Source of the DNA: Tubiluchus corallicola | Lineage: Eukaryota; Animalia; Priapulida | Assembly (NCBI GenBank): GCA_030141605.1 | Contig: JAQGDQ010000122.1 | Coordinates: 1-64,000, forward strand | DNA length: 64,000 nt | Direction: 5' to 3' | In this document: positions 1-62,476 of the stretch, in pieces | Layout of the letters: each line of letters starts with the position of its first letter | How positions within the stretch are numbered: the first letter of the stretch is position 1 | Program-made: the position numbers and the translations under genes | The notes under the pieces: generated by a model | What the model saw: only the letters and a program-made list of their open reading frames with translations | The model's database searches: none | Told to the model about the DNA's origin: nothing

Positions 1-2509
1 ACAAAAAACACTCTTGATAAATAAAGCGTAAAAAAGTTCATCTTTTCATTTTATATCAATTACATGCCATCTTATTGCATACAGGGCTTTCATATAAAAA
101 ATTTAAACTTCCGCAATGACCATTAGACACACCCATTTTAACGGTAAGTCATTTAAAACAAGTTTGGAAAACAATGTAATCAGACCATCACATTGTTTGC
201 TAATTAGGCAAAAGTTTAAATTATTTTATCTTCTCAATAAGGTCAATGTGTTTTTTAATGAATAAGTGGTGACACTGGGATGGCGATACACTGCTGTTTA
301 CCAGTTGTCGTGAACATCTTAAATTATTAAAAATTATTTTTCCAATTACATAAATCTTTCAAACATGTAAGCGTAATACTAAGTAATACAAATATGTACG
401 GAAAATTTTTTGGAATCTACTTTAAAATTCCCTTTTCTTCCCCTTTAGATATTATCAAGATTTTTATAGATTACTTATAATAATAATAAATCTTTATTCA
501 AAAACCTGAATACAAAAAATATGCTTCTTTTTGCAGGTAAAGAGCAGGAAAAAAACACATGATTTTCTCTATGCTTCTATTGTTCACTAAATTGCACATT
601 TACCCACCATACTTTAGATTAAACCATTCTTTATTCTGATGTGTAGATTAATACAAGAGACTTTAATTGCTATTAAATGATGCAGATGTCATAGTACCCT
701 GAATGCGTTCATAATTAATAAGGAAAAATTGTTTTTAGTTCAACCGGGAAGATGCATTAAGTGCTTTTGTTAATTAAACCTAGCCCCTTGATTCTAATTG
801 TGTGAAACAAGCCACACGTTATGGTTTCATTAACTATTACATTATCGCCCAATTAAAAGCCGTTAAAACATAATCTAAAACTGCAGTGGCCATGAGAAGT
901 TAATGCTATGGATGAACCTTTGGAAATTCAAAAATTGTTAAACGCATAGCAAAAATTTTACAATCAACATTTGCCTAATTTCAGTTTTTTTTCACTACTT
1001 CTTTTCACTACTACTACTATTACTTTTTTCACTGGCTATCAAAAGTGCTTTAGCAGTATTATTGTTCATGATTTATCAATTAATTAGAATAGGGGGCACT
1101 TACTGTAAACACAATTATAAGATATAAGACATATTTATTTCACATATGTGATAGAAAACAAATTAGCCACTAATGAAACATTTTTATAGAAAAAAATGTG
1201 TGAGGGCAGTGTACGACTATAGGAGTCCTAAAAACACTGCCCTTAATTCAGTTTTGCTGGCTCGGCTCAACGTAAAACAGGTCATCATTAGAAAAATAAT
1301 ATTAGTATATTTTTATAGGCCCATTATAAAATTCAACTGCATGTTAATCGATATGAATAATCTTTGGAAAAAGATGGATTATAATGGTGGGTAAGTCAAA
1401 TTATGTTCTGAGATCAGTAAACTCAATCACAAAGGTGATTAGCCCATAAGCCCTGTAAACCATATAAGATGTAATAGTGATAAACACATCATCAAACTAA
1501 CATATGTATGTACAAATATATAATAATGTAAACAACTATATTAATTTTTATTTTAATTCATTTTCAATTTCAAACAGTTTATTTCACATGCATTACATAA
1601 CGTAACACTAGCACAGTTTAAAAGCATCCACACTCGTGACGCTGTAATTATTAAAAATTTTGTTAATTGTACAACACTGGTACCAAAGCATCTAATGAAA
1701 CGTCTGATTCAGCTTATTAGTAGTTATAGACTTGACAAATTAACGAAAAAATACATGATAAAGTGTGTTTATCAACAACAATGCTCTATAGTGACTATAC
1801 AGTCTGACGCAATGTTCAAACTAATAACGGGATGGATCAACACAAACACTGGCCAAATAACAGCGCCATCTAGTACAAAAGTTTTACAACCAATACTGCT
1901 AGTTCAAAAATCATATAAATAGAGTTAAAATAGCCATGGCAGGCAGGATCCAACAAACTTTGTGATGCAAAACTGGGTTATCTCATTCGAACAATCGTGT
2001 CGCGTGCCCAATTTTATTAACGCATTTTCCACCATTCGCCTCAATGAAATTGAAGCCTCCAACACGATGCCATAAACGATCAAAGTAAAACTATTTACGA
2101 GGCAAAACTTGTCGGTCAACCCAATGATGTGATTTTATTGCTTTCTCTAATAACTTTCCTGCATTATCAATTTGCAAGGAAAATAATTACTCTCGAGGAA
2201 TAATTGTATAATAAAGAAATTTCCTTTGTGGCTTTTACTGTCTTTAGCGTATGTACTATCATCATTCATTACCAAAAAAAAAACAGAAAAATCATTGAGA
2301 TGATAAGTAGTTTTACTTTTAGTTTTTTTTTTGCATTTTTTAATCTTCACAAAGTAATGCTTAAATAAATGTCTTGGCATATTATGTCATGCATTCATTT
2401 TTAGTAGCGCAATTATTATTAGTGTTAGCTTGAAAGAGTTTTTACCATTCCCTATCAATTTAACACTTGCATTTTACAGTTGCTCATTGAACAGACACAA
2501 TTAACACTA

Positions 2510-2536
2510 ATGGCACTTACATTTATAACAATACAG
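2510..2536 (+). CDS. Candidate first coding segment of ninjurin (MALTFITIQ)
   Basis: ATG open to a strong CAG|GTAAGT donor in phase 0, compatible with the exon at 4213; an acceptor ttttacag ends at 2479; no homology support. Confidence 0.35.
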
Positions 2537-2859
2537 GTAAGTATACAACACATAAACAACCAATAACATGTAGGGTATATATGTATATATATATATATCC
2601 TGCTTTTGGCAGCCGCTACATTTGAACGCAAGACTGCGTGGTTGCAATCCGAAATGTAACCACTAGGCCACCCAGTCCAGGACAATGTGCATAAGGATAA
2701 CAAGGGCTGGGGTGGGGTTATGCACAATTCTAATCATACAAGAGCACAGTTCCTGAAAATCCAGGATCTACATGTGAATGCTAGCAGAACTTATTACAAG
2801 ATTTTTTATAATGAAAAAAATTCAGCTTAATCCATAAAACTATGCTGTCATTATTAATA

Positions 2860-3137
2860 CAGGGTGTTTCACAAGAAACACGGCACAGAAATACGCTAAC
2901 ATGGTTTTACTGGACATGTAAAAAAACCTAGGATGGTAAGAAAATTTGAATTATGCAAATAGAATAAAACCTTTATGTCACCTATGATGTCATAATTGTA
3001 TTTTCATGTCATTATGATGTCATAATTGTATTTCATGTCATTATGATGTCATAATGCAATCAGTCCATAGTAACGTATTTTTTATGATCTGATTAGCATA
3101 TTTCACTATATTGGCACATTTCTACTGAAACACCCTG
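2860..3137. mobile_element. Tc1/mariner-type MITE
   Basis: TIR CAGGGTGTTTCA / TGAAACACCCTG, TA on both sides. Confidence 0.8.
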
Positions 3138-3456
3138 TATAAAGATTCTTTCATTTCTGTTTTACAGCTACCATTATAATAATTGTTAGCTTAAAACGTC
3201 CCGTAATTAATATTCAAACGGTTTTATTGCTAATCCATCGCGTTCCATATTCAAAGGAAGAACAGTCATCGTGACTGGGTCTATTTGAATTACGCAAAGT
3301 CATGTGGACACAGCACTAGAAAGATTAAGAGCCATGCATCAATGTAAACTAAACTTGATGGTTACTGAGTGAGAACAGTAGCTCATCAAATTCTACAGTC
3401 TCAAAAGTCAATGTAATAACACAAGGCTATTAGTCTCACAAAAAAGCAGCAAGTAA

Positions 3457-3628
3457 ACTAGAATGAGGGCACTCAAGAGAGATGCAGATGCATGCACCCC
3501 CCAAAGGAAGACACTTTTAGGTCTTGTGACTCTGAGCTTTAGCTTTTCGAAAAAGTGAAGAGTTTACAGCCCTGTGCCAAGTTTGGAGAGTTTAGATTAG
3601 TATGATTTTTTTAAATTTTCTGACCTTG

Positions 3629-3694
<66 letters not shown>

Positions 3695-3930
3695 TTGTGT
3701 GTGTGTGTGTGTGTGTGTGAACTTCAACCACTACAAGGATTTTACAAGTATTTTTTATTTTGTGACCTTGACCTTTGACCTTTTGAGCTAAAAATCAATG
3801 GGCTTCCACCCCTTGTCTAAATCTATCCTTATACAAAGTGGTCATAGTTTCATCTGCTTCATTTTTATGGTGTGGAAAAACAGACAGACAAACAGATACA
3901 CACATATTTCCAAAAACATACCACTTTTCG
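3457..3930 (+). mobile_element. Helitron/Helentron-like non-autonomous element with internal (GT)n
   Basis: AACTAGAATG..GCACTCA start, TGACCTTGACCTTTGACC core, (ACAG)n near end; related terminus inverted at about 45875-45920. Confidence 0.6.
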
Positions 3931-4212
3931 AGCTGCCATACGACCTTAAGACATGAACCACATGAACCAACCAAATGCATTTTTAGGTCTTACCTAATGT
4001 TAACAATGCTAAGCAATAGTGTGCAGGTTACATGTAACACTAACTAATATGTGGAGATCACACTTAAAGTTAGCGGGTTTTCTATAAGGCTCACTTTACC
4101 CTAACCTACTGTGTTTTCAAACATCTAATGTTGACACAACCATATTTTACATCACACTCAATGTTCCAAATGTCATTTAGGAAACACTGTACATATGTCA
4201 ATTATTTTTCAG

Positions 4213-4338
4213 GACACGAATGACCCGGAAGTCGTGGTCAAACCGGTCAAAAAACTTGACATGAACAGTTACGCAACTCGGAAAACTATAGCCATGGGGA
4301 TCCTGGACATTGCTCTACTTGTTGCGAACATAGAAAAG
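4213..4338 (+). CDS. NINJ: Ninjurin exon: DTNDPEVVVKPVKKLDMNSYATRKTIAMGILDIALLVANIEK
   Basis: tttttcag/gtaaaa, 126 nt; matches the ninjurin N-x-YA-x-KK...LDIALLxAN amphipathic helix. Confidence 0.9.
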
Positions 4339-6364
4339 GTAAAACCCTGTGTACGTGTCAGGTTTCCTTTTTCCTTCTTTCTTCTTTTTTCTACTGTTCT
4401 AAATACATTTCTGCTGTAAACTTGAATCACTAGAGAAAACTAGTCCGGAATACGAAGTATTAGGTTACTAACTCACTGTTTTTTCTGCTCAACTGCCTGG
4501 ATAGGTCATTTAAAACGCATTTACTATTGTCACGGAATCCATTTTTCATGAATACGTCATTTAAAACATCATTTATTGTTGAAATGGAATCCATTCTTCG
4601 TAAAAAAAATTTTATGTAACTCTTTTGTAGTGCCACAAAAGTAAAACTAATAAAAACATATTAAATAAAGACTAACAACAATGTCACAGCAAAGCAAATC
4701 TCTTTATAGAGTTACTTCACAAACGAGTAACCCACTAACAAGTAACTCACTCACGACATTCATTCTCTAAAACATAAAAAACTGAAGTGTATCAACCTAC
4801 TATTTAAGATTTCTAAATGCTTCTACATTTTCTGGATAAATTTATCCTGGTTACTACAGGAAAATGTTGTTAGTAAAAAAAGAGAACATAACAGTTCCTT
4901 GCAAATTTACTAAGGAATCATAAGGGTTCACAGAAGAAGCACTTTTTTTTTCAAACTTCATAAGAAAATAACAAATTATTCATTTCACTTTCAAACCCCA
5001 GATCTTATCGAAAACGAGGACCTATTTATTAGTTTTTTTTTAAAAAACATGCACCATTTTAACTGTAATGGCAGAAAATGACAAAGTAAAGAAGTTTTAT
5101 AGGAATGTAAACAATACAATGAAAACTGATCATTAATATCTATTTTATACGCAGATATTTTTTTCAGTGTGACTTTATTAACGAAAATGCAATCATTCTT
5201 CCGTCCTGCCACAGACTTAAAAGTAAATTATTCATACTACTTCTACAATTCTATTATGTACAAGTTGTCGGTTTATTCATGCAGAAATGGTCTATCGTAT
5301 CTGTATTTCCGTGTCGTTTTAATCTACAATTGAAATCTTCTTGTGTCTTTCTAAAATCTAAAACTTTTTTTCTGTTACGTCATCTTGCTATTTCCGACCT
5401 CCGTAATTTTGTCTCTGACGTGAATGTCACTATACTACGCACGTGTGCCTACTATCCAGCATGCAATCAATGCTTCCTCTGCAAAATGTTCTCTTTGTCT
5501 TCTTCGTACTAAAATTTTTAACTTTGACATGCAGTAATGTCCCAAAAACCCAAAACATCGACGACGAATACGGCGGCCATTTAATACAGCTCCTCCTGGT
5601 GAAAGAATGCAGAGGTAACGATGTTAACTTCACTTTAAAATCAACATCTGGTATACGTAAAGTAAACTTAGTAATTACACTTTCTATAAAAATGTGTTAT
5701 ATAAGGAAATTTCAGCATTAGTTAACATTGTGGAAAGTCTTAGGCTAAAGAGTACAGTATAGTAATATAGCTCTATTCTACATCTATAGTACTATACTCT
5801 TTGCATTAGCTATTGTTAAACTGCTATAACCATCACCCAACAATGGCTGATACGTTGTAACATCAACCAGCTCATGTAAGTTATACTTGGCATAGAATAT
5901 GTTTTGTACAGTTTCATAAAGCAGTGTTACGTTTATTGATATGATATCATAATTTTTCTTGTAATGAAATCAAGCTAACACGTAGCGGCATAGTGGCTAC
6001 TATCCAATAGACTAAAACACTGTATTTTGTTTTCTTTCATAATCTTCACATGCAAATAATTTTATGATTGTTGTCATTTCAGCAGAATATGTACCTAAAA
6101 TTGTCATTTCGAGCAAAGCTTTGTGAAGGGACCCTATAAGCTGTGCATTATGTATTTAAGAAAAACTGTGCTAAGCCATCTATGTTGTACATTGTATGCA
6201 AGAAATATATGTAAAATTGCATATACTATGTATATAAATTGTATGTAAAATATACATATAAAATTGTATATACTGTGCATATAAATTGTTTTATGGAAAA
6301 TTTTACTTACTGTTGATATAAATGATATATTTTATGCATTGAACAAGATGCTGACATTTTATGT

Positions 6365-6686
6365 AATTACTTTGCCATCTATTGTATATTTATTTTTCCA
6401 GGGTGATGCTTTATTTTATGCTGCCATCTATTGTGTATTTAAATTTCTAATCTTATGCTTTGTCTAATGCTGCCATCTAATGTGCATTTAAATTTCTATT
6501 CTAATGCTATGCTTAATGCTGTCATCTATTATATGATTAAATTTCAATTTCGATGCTGTACTTAATGCTGCCATCTAGGGTGCATTTAAATTTCTACTTT
6601 GACACTTTTCTTAGTGCTGCCATCTAGTGTGCACTTGAGTTTCTATTTTGACGCTTTTCTTAATGCTGCCATCTATTGTACATTCT
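6365..6686. repeat. 49-bp tandem repeat x7 in the ninjurin intron
   Basis: TG(C/T)CATCTA at 6373, 6422, 6471, 6520, 6569, 6618, 6667. Confidence 0.9.
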
Positions 6687-6688
6687 AG

Positions 6689-6934
6689 GCTAAAGCCATC
6701 ATCCAGTCAGGACCAAACAAGCAACAGTTCTACTATTTCATAATCACGTTGCTGGTCCTGATCATCATCATCCAGATCGCTCTCGCTTTCCTCCTCCTCT
6801 TCGTCGGCAAGATCAACCTGAACGTGAGGCTGAAGCACAGACAACTCGACCTGTGGAACAACGTTGGCATCATGCTCATCGTCCTCATCACCGTCATGGA
6901 AATCTTTGCATGCTCCTTCGGCAGCGCAAAGTGA
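6689..6934 (+). CDS. NINJ: Ninjurin terminal exon with two TM helices (AKAIIQSGP..FYYF...QI...WNN...IFACSFG)
   Basis: ttctag acceptor in phase 0 joins the previous exon; KA-x-GP-x-FY, Q-I, NN and IF-x-x-x-FG ninjurin motifs; TGA ends at 6934. Confidence 0.92.
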   Translation, partial: AKAIIQSGPNKQQFYYFIITLLVLIIIIQIALAFLLLFVGKINLNVRLKHRQLDLWNNVGIMLIVLITVMEIFACSFGSAK

Positions 6935-7320
6935 CAAACGGGACACCACCTGTACGTTAGAACTGTGAATGTCAACGACGAGTTCTTGTTGCCGTAGCAA
7001 CCGTCATCCATTGCACTGCCAAAGTCTGTCATAATAACTTGAGTACACCAGCAAGCAAATTCTTTAAATGTCATATACGTAGTTCCTTTAATATGTGCAA
7101 AGTGATAACTCTCAATATAAATAACACCACCTAGCCAACAAAAAATCAATATTTTTGTTTGATCAGAATGTTGGAGCTGGATCTCAAGTAATGGTGGTGA
7201 ATTTTGGGTAGTGGGGTTGGTGGCATTATTTATACTGAGAAAAACCAGAGATTATCACAAATATTTTTATTAAGAGACAAAACTTTGCAATTTACATTAT
7301 TTTAATGGCGCCTTATTTAA

Positions 7321-7373
7321 AGGAACTACGACGTAGTTTGCCGAAACGTAACAAGTAAAACCTTTTTGTTCCT
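7321..7373. mobile_element. 53-bp TTAA-flanked mini-MITE (Kolobok-like) downstream of the ninjurin stop
   Basis: TTAA|AGGAAC...GTTCCT|TTAA. Confidence 0.4.
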
Positions 7374-9147
7374 TTAATGTTCATGTATATTTCCTTTAAT
7401 GTTTCAGTCTATTTTTAATAAGTGTTTTATGTTTATAGTTTATAAGTTATGTCTACCTCTCTGCTTTAGTACTCAAATAGTTCAATAGTTTATAATACAT
7501 CAGCAAGGCTTAAAAAGTACATGAAAATTTTAACAGTCCAGTAGTTTCGATAATCACTGTCATTTAATGGAATTATGCAAGAATATCATAAAGGAGGAAA
7601 CGTCTGTTCTTTAGCTAAATAATAATCAATAATGATTTTCTTTAATTTTTTAATGTAATGAACAAAATTATGCATACAGGTGGTAATGAAAGTCATGATC
7701 ATGATAATTAATTTCAGTTATACAGTATATGCATTTATTTGAGTGCAATGATAACGATTATTTTTTACGTAATTATATGTTAGAAGGTAGTGATAGTCGA
7801 AGAACTGTGCGATTGTTTTTGTTTATTTATTTTCCGATTTATTTATTTTGCTAACTAACTCTGGAGTAATTTGTATATTTATTGTAGACGTGATTGTACA
7901 TGTATATTGTTTGAATATTTATCTATTTTTAACAGTTCATTGTACGGCACTTTTAGCATAATAAGACTGCATAACATGTAAGCATATGAACTTTGAGGCC
8001 CCATTTTATGACATATTTTACTTTGCTTAGGTCCATTTGTGCCTCAGTTATTAAATGTAAGTTATCACGCTATATTTCTGTGTTATGCCCGTGTAATATA
8101 ATTGTGTGGCTATTGTTGAGAAAAGTTTTTTGCTTACGCTGACTTTTGTCAACATTCTTGCTACTCTATTAGTCCCAAACTACAATGAAACTAGTCCATG
8201 TGATTATTTATTTATGAATTTAGAAGTCAGAAAAACATAACTATATGACTGTTGGTTGTTTATGTGCGTGTGCATGTGTGTGGTTTTATATTCGCTGTAA
8301 CAGGAAATGGGAAATTAGTTGACATCTTGTCAACTTTTGCTTTCTTTATAGTTCAATTGTTTTGTTTGGACGAGTAAATGTAAATGAAATAAAGATCGTA
8401 CAATAAATTCAACTTAATGTGACTTTGATTTTGCAACGCACATGTGTATATGATGTACAGTCATTGTTAAATGATTGTTTCAGCTAAAATAGTTCTTTAG
8501 GAACAAGCCGGAATTCAGCACTCCAACAAGAGGCAGAGTCTACTCAATGAGATGTATGCCGTGTGACCGAAACCGGACTCTAAGGCTATCCCTCTAATAT
8601 CAGCCACTGAACTGGAGACTGGTTAACCATGTTAGGATATATCATATACATGTAGACTAAACAACTAAACTATTACTGTGTTTGAATTTCGAATATGAAT
8701 TGCGGATCACCATTGAAACTTCATGATAGACAGAAAACGACAACAAAATTTGCCAAGGAACATATGATCACAGTGATTACAGACATCTTAATGAGCAAAA
8801 GAACACACTTGTAAAACAAAATGCTGTGCCACAATAGAAGCAACCTTTCACCTATAACTAGTAACTAATTTATGCACTAATGCCAGTTAAAAAAATGCAG
8901 GAAAATCAAAATGAAGCAAAGATCAAAACCATCTAGGAAATAGTTAAACTCTGACACCAAGGCCACAAGTCGATATTGAGATCTTTCAGATTATTAAATT
9001 CTCATTCATGCAACAGTTTGAATGGAATTTTTCACAGCTGCAGATAAATGCATTTTAAATTAAACTAAATCAAAATCAGATCTTAATTGTATAACATGTA
9101 ACGAATCCAGGTAAAAGAGTAAGGGAAAAGCCACAGGAAAAAAGAAA

Positions 9148-9220
9148 TAACCCTAACAGTAACAGTAATCTAAGCCCTAACAACTAACCCATAACCCTAA
9201 ATCCTTAACACTAACCATAA
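9148..9220. repeat. Degenerate (TAACCC)n tract
   Basis: taaccctaac..taagccctaacaactaacccataaccctaa. Confidence 0.6.
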
Positions 9221-9506
9221 GTAACATTAACTGTAAGATAATGAACAAAAGCTGATTTTTTTTCACATATATGTAATGCCATCAAACCTAAATAGGGTTG
9301 TCAATATGCACACATCGTGCAACACCATTTAATAAATGATTTAATTAAAATACTTTCTCTTTTATTACTTTAATTGTTTAGGATACTTGAGTAAATTAAT
9401 ACTGACTCGAATGTTTTTGTTTGACTTTCTTTCGTAGCCAAAATTGTGATTTTTTCCGCCCCGAAAATTGTTTCCTGTGATTTTAATAGCGGCCACTATA
9501 AAATAA

Positions 9507-11487
9507 TTGAGATTTTTTCCTGTGATTTCATTACCAGCCACTGTAAATTAACTCTGACTTTTTCCTAGTCAAAATTGAGACTTTTTCCTGTGATTTCATT
9601 ACCAGCCACTGTAAATTAACTCTGACTTTTTCCTAGTCAAAATTGTGACTTTTTCCTGTGATTTCATTACCAGCCACTGTAAATTAACTCTGACTTTTGC
9701 CTAGTCAAAACTGTGACTTTTTCCTGTGATTTCATTACCAGCCACTGTAAATTAACTCTGACTTTTTGCTAGTCAAAATTGAGACTTTTTCCTGTGATTT
9801 CATTACCGGCCACTGTAAATTAACTCTGACTTTTTGCTAGTCAAAATTGTGACTTTTTCCTGTGATTTCATTACCAGCCACTGTAAATTAACTCTGACTT
9901 TTTCCTAGTCAAAATTGAGACTTTTTCCTGTGATTTCATTACCAGCCACTGTAAATTAACTCTGACTTTTGCCTAGTCAAAACTGTGACTTTTTCCTGTA
10001 ATTTCATTACCAGCCACTGTAAATTAACTCTGACTTTTTCCTAGTCAAAATTGAGACTTTTTCCTGTGATTTCATTACCAGCCACTGTAAATTAACTCTG
10101 ACTATTTCCTAGTCAAAATTGTGACTTTTTCCTGTGATTTCATTACCAGCCACTGTAAATTAACTCTGACTTTTTCCTAGTCAAAATTGTGACTTTTTCC
10201 TGTGATTTCATTACCAGCCACTGTAAATTAACTCTGACTTTTTCCTAGTCAAAATTGTGACTTTTTCCTGTGATTTCATTACCAGCCACTGTAAATTAAC
10301 TCTGACTTTTTCCTAGTCAAAATTGAGACTTTTTCCTGTGATTTCATTACCAGCCACTGTAAATTAACTCTGACTTTTGCCTAGTCAAAACTGTGACTTT
10401 TTCCTGTGATTTCATTACCAGCCACTGTAAATTAACTCTGACTTTTGCCTAGTCAAAACTGTGACTTTTTCCTGTAATTTCATTACCAGCCACTGTAAAT
10501 TAACTCTGACTATTTCCTAGTCAAAATTGAGACTTTTTCCTGTGATTTCATTACCAGCCACTGTAAATTAACTCTGACTTTTTCCTAGTCAAAATTGTGA
10601 CTTTTTCCTGTGATTTCATTACCAGCCACTGTAAATTAACTCTGACTTTTTCCTAGTCAAAATTGTGACTTTTTCCTGTGATTTCATTACCAGCCACTGT
10701 AAATTAACTCTGACTTTTTCCTAGTCAAAATTGAGACTTTTTCCTGTGATTTCATTACCAGCCACTGTAAATTAACTCTGACTTTTGCCTAGTCAAAACT
10801 GTGACTTTTTCCTGTGATTTCATTACCAGCCACTGTAAATTAACTCTGACTTTTGCCTAGTCAAAACTGTGACTTTTTCCTGTAATTTCATTACCAGCCA
10901 CTGTAAATTAACTCTGACTTTTTCCTAGTCAAAATTGAGACTTTTTCCTGTGATTTCATTACCAGCCACTGTAAATTAACTCTGACTATTTCCTAGTCAA
11001 AATTGTGACTTTTTCCTGTGATTTCATTACCAGCCACTGTAAATTAACTCTGACTTTTTCCTAGTCAAAATTGTGACTTTTTCCTGTGATTTCATTACCA
11101 GCCACTGTAAATTAACTCTGACTTTTTCCTAGTCAAAATTGTGACTTTTTCCTGTGATTTCATTACCAGCCACTGTAAATTAACTCTGACTTTTTCCTAG
11201 TCAAAATTGTGACTTTTTCCTGTGATTTCATTACCAGCCACTGTAAATTAACTCTGACTTTTTCCTAGTCAAAATTGTGACTTTTTCCTGTGATTTCATT
11301 ACCAGCCATGTAAATTAATCTGACTTTTTCCTAGTCAAAATTGTGACTTTTTCCTGTGATTTCATTACCAGCCACTGTAAATTAACTCTGACTTTTTCCT
11401 AGTCAAAATTGTGACTTTTTCCTGTGATTTCATTACCAGCCACTGTAAATTAACTCTGACTTTTTCCTAGTCAAAATTGTGACTTTT
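9507..11487. repeat. 68-bp satellite, about 29 near-identical copies
   Basis: Unit TTGWGACTTTTTCCTGTGATTTCATTACCAGCCACTGTAAATTAACTCTGACTTTTTCCTAGTCAAAA. Confidence 0.97.
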
Positions 11488-11698
11488 CAATGACATTTTC
11501 CTGTGGCTCTATTATGGTCACCCATGTAATTCCCATATTATTCACTAATCATCTTCTGAAGAAGACTGCATTTCACTGTACCCATGAATCAACTGATTAA
11601 CTTACATACACAGAACGCAGCGCACTAACGAGCAGAGACATGCAGCCAGCAACAGGAGAAGAGATGATAAATGACACAACGAAGTTAGAACGTCTTAC

Positions 11699-60725
<49,027 letters not shown>

Positions 60726-62443
60726 CTGAAAACAAAAAAGAGAACTAAATTATGTCTTTCCAAGATGTTTTTATATCTTATGTGCTGAGAATACAGTCTA
60801 TCTTAACAAACTTTTTCTATATTTAATTGACGAATCTGTTGCAATACTAACTTATTTCCGGAGGAGAGGGGTGTGTGAATGGAAGGGGTGTACAATATTG
60901 TTTGTTGCATAAAGCTGTAAGTTGCATGAGCAAAAAGATGTAGTTAATATTCAAAATGAATATCAAAACTGTCAAAAGTTTTGACTAGCGAAATGAAGTG
61001 GTAAGAAAAGTAAGATATAATGAGAAAGAGAACCCAACAGAGGCAAATTAGCACCTTTCTGAGAAATTATTGATTTTTAGTGTTGCAGTGGACCAACAAA
61101 TTATAATGCTTTCAGTTCAAAGAACACCTGAAGAATAAATTGCTAAGTTATGTTGAAATTGTGAATAAATAAGCTTGGAATATCAGCTACATGCTTCATA
61201 TTTTGTCGGCAAAACATTAAAGTAAAAAATTTGAAATTTCCCAGCAACATAAAATGGTTAACCATACCCAAGGTCATGAAGATAACAAGAAGATTCTGGG
61301 AAATTTTTGTGATTCAACAAAGTGCATTCTAGAACACTAGATGGTGCTGTCCTCTGTGGGAAAAGAACATTATTAATATCAAAGACATGACCGGGTTCTT
61401 TTTTATGTGATTAAATTTACAATACAGATCTGGTATGTCACACTCACTCTATGCATAAGAAACCAAAGACGTTTTTTTAAGTTTTTAACCAGTGTCATGC
61501 TCATACAACAACTGATTATGTTGAGATTATGTTTGCAACAAGATAAAATTCAATCAAAAAGTTTGTGACACCCGTAAACACCATTTAAGTATGTCGTCGA
61601 CCTAAAAGATGTCATTTACTCACTGAACTCGGCAAGCATTTCTGTTTTATTAGCTAAAAATAGGTTAAACGAGTTAGCACACAGAATGTTTAAACAAACG
61701 CTAGGCCTATATCTTATCAGCCATTAAATATTTTTTAAGTACAGACAACCCGATAAACAGCATTAGCATATTGATGTCAAATGGCTGACTCTTTCGTACT
61801 TTAAATATTTGTCTTTTCTTCTAGTTCCTAGTTCCTTTTCTAGTTCCACATTGATCCCTGCCCCCTATAAAAATTGCTGACATTCTGAAGAGGGTAGCCC
61901 AAGCTAGATATTTTCAGCGACTCTCGGGCAATCTAAAACAGCTTTCAAATCTTTGTTCATACTAAAGATGCCACGGAACGTTAACAATTTTTCTCTATTG
62001 CTAGTTGTTTCTGCTGTGTTCTAGTTACTAAGACGTCACTACTCCATTTAACAGACAGATTCAATACTTGTAACTTATGGTTTACACGCTATTGCTATCA
62101 CTAATGTTGTACGGTGCCCTTGAAGTGAATCAATGAGCTCATCAAACCTCTTAAGTGACACTTAGGAGTAACGTAGCCAACAGCTCTGCGATTGTGAACG
62201 AACTTGTAGGATCTATATTCTACAATCAATCAAATAAAGAGAAGAATGCGGGTAGTTCTAACATGTAAAAAGCATTTGTTTTAATCACTGAGTGAAGATA
62301 GGGGCGTATTAAGACGTTAGGACGCCCTAGGCTGACAGTACTGTGACACTCATCTCTATTATGGATTTATGGTTATTTATACATGAAGCACAATACACAC
62401 TTGTAGTGTATTACCAGCAATATTACCTATTAGTGTTTATTAC

Positions 62444-62476
<33 letters not shown>

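Noticed and set aside
1374-1396. ATG..GG|GTAAGT as ninjurin first exon
   Set aside because: Phase 2 donor is incompatible with the phase-0 exon at 4213 unless another exon intervenes
6707-7149. Minus-strand ORFs of 97 and 138 aa
   Set aside because: Antisense shadows of the GC-rich ninjurin exon; no DOCK similarity
8524-8582. Hammerhead-like GAGTC..CTCAATGAG..CGAAACC..GACTC
   Set aside because: Core is not CUGANGA and stem II does not pair convincingly
9148-9220. True telomere or chromosome fusion site
   Set aside because: Short, degenerate and intronic; better explained as part of a repeat element
9507-11487. CRISPR-like array (also considered for 24035-26015)
   Set aside because: No unique spacers, no cas genes, eukaryotic intron context
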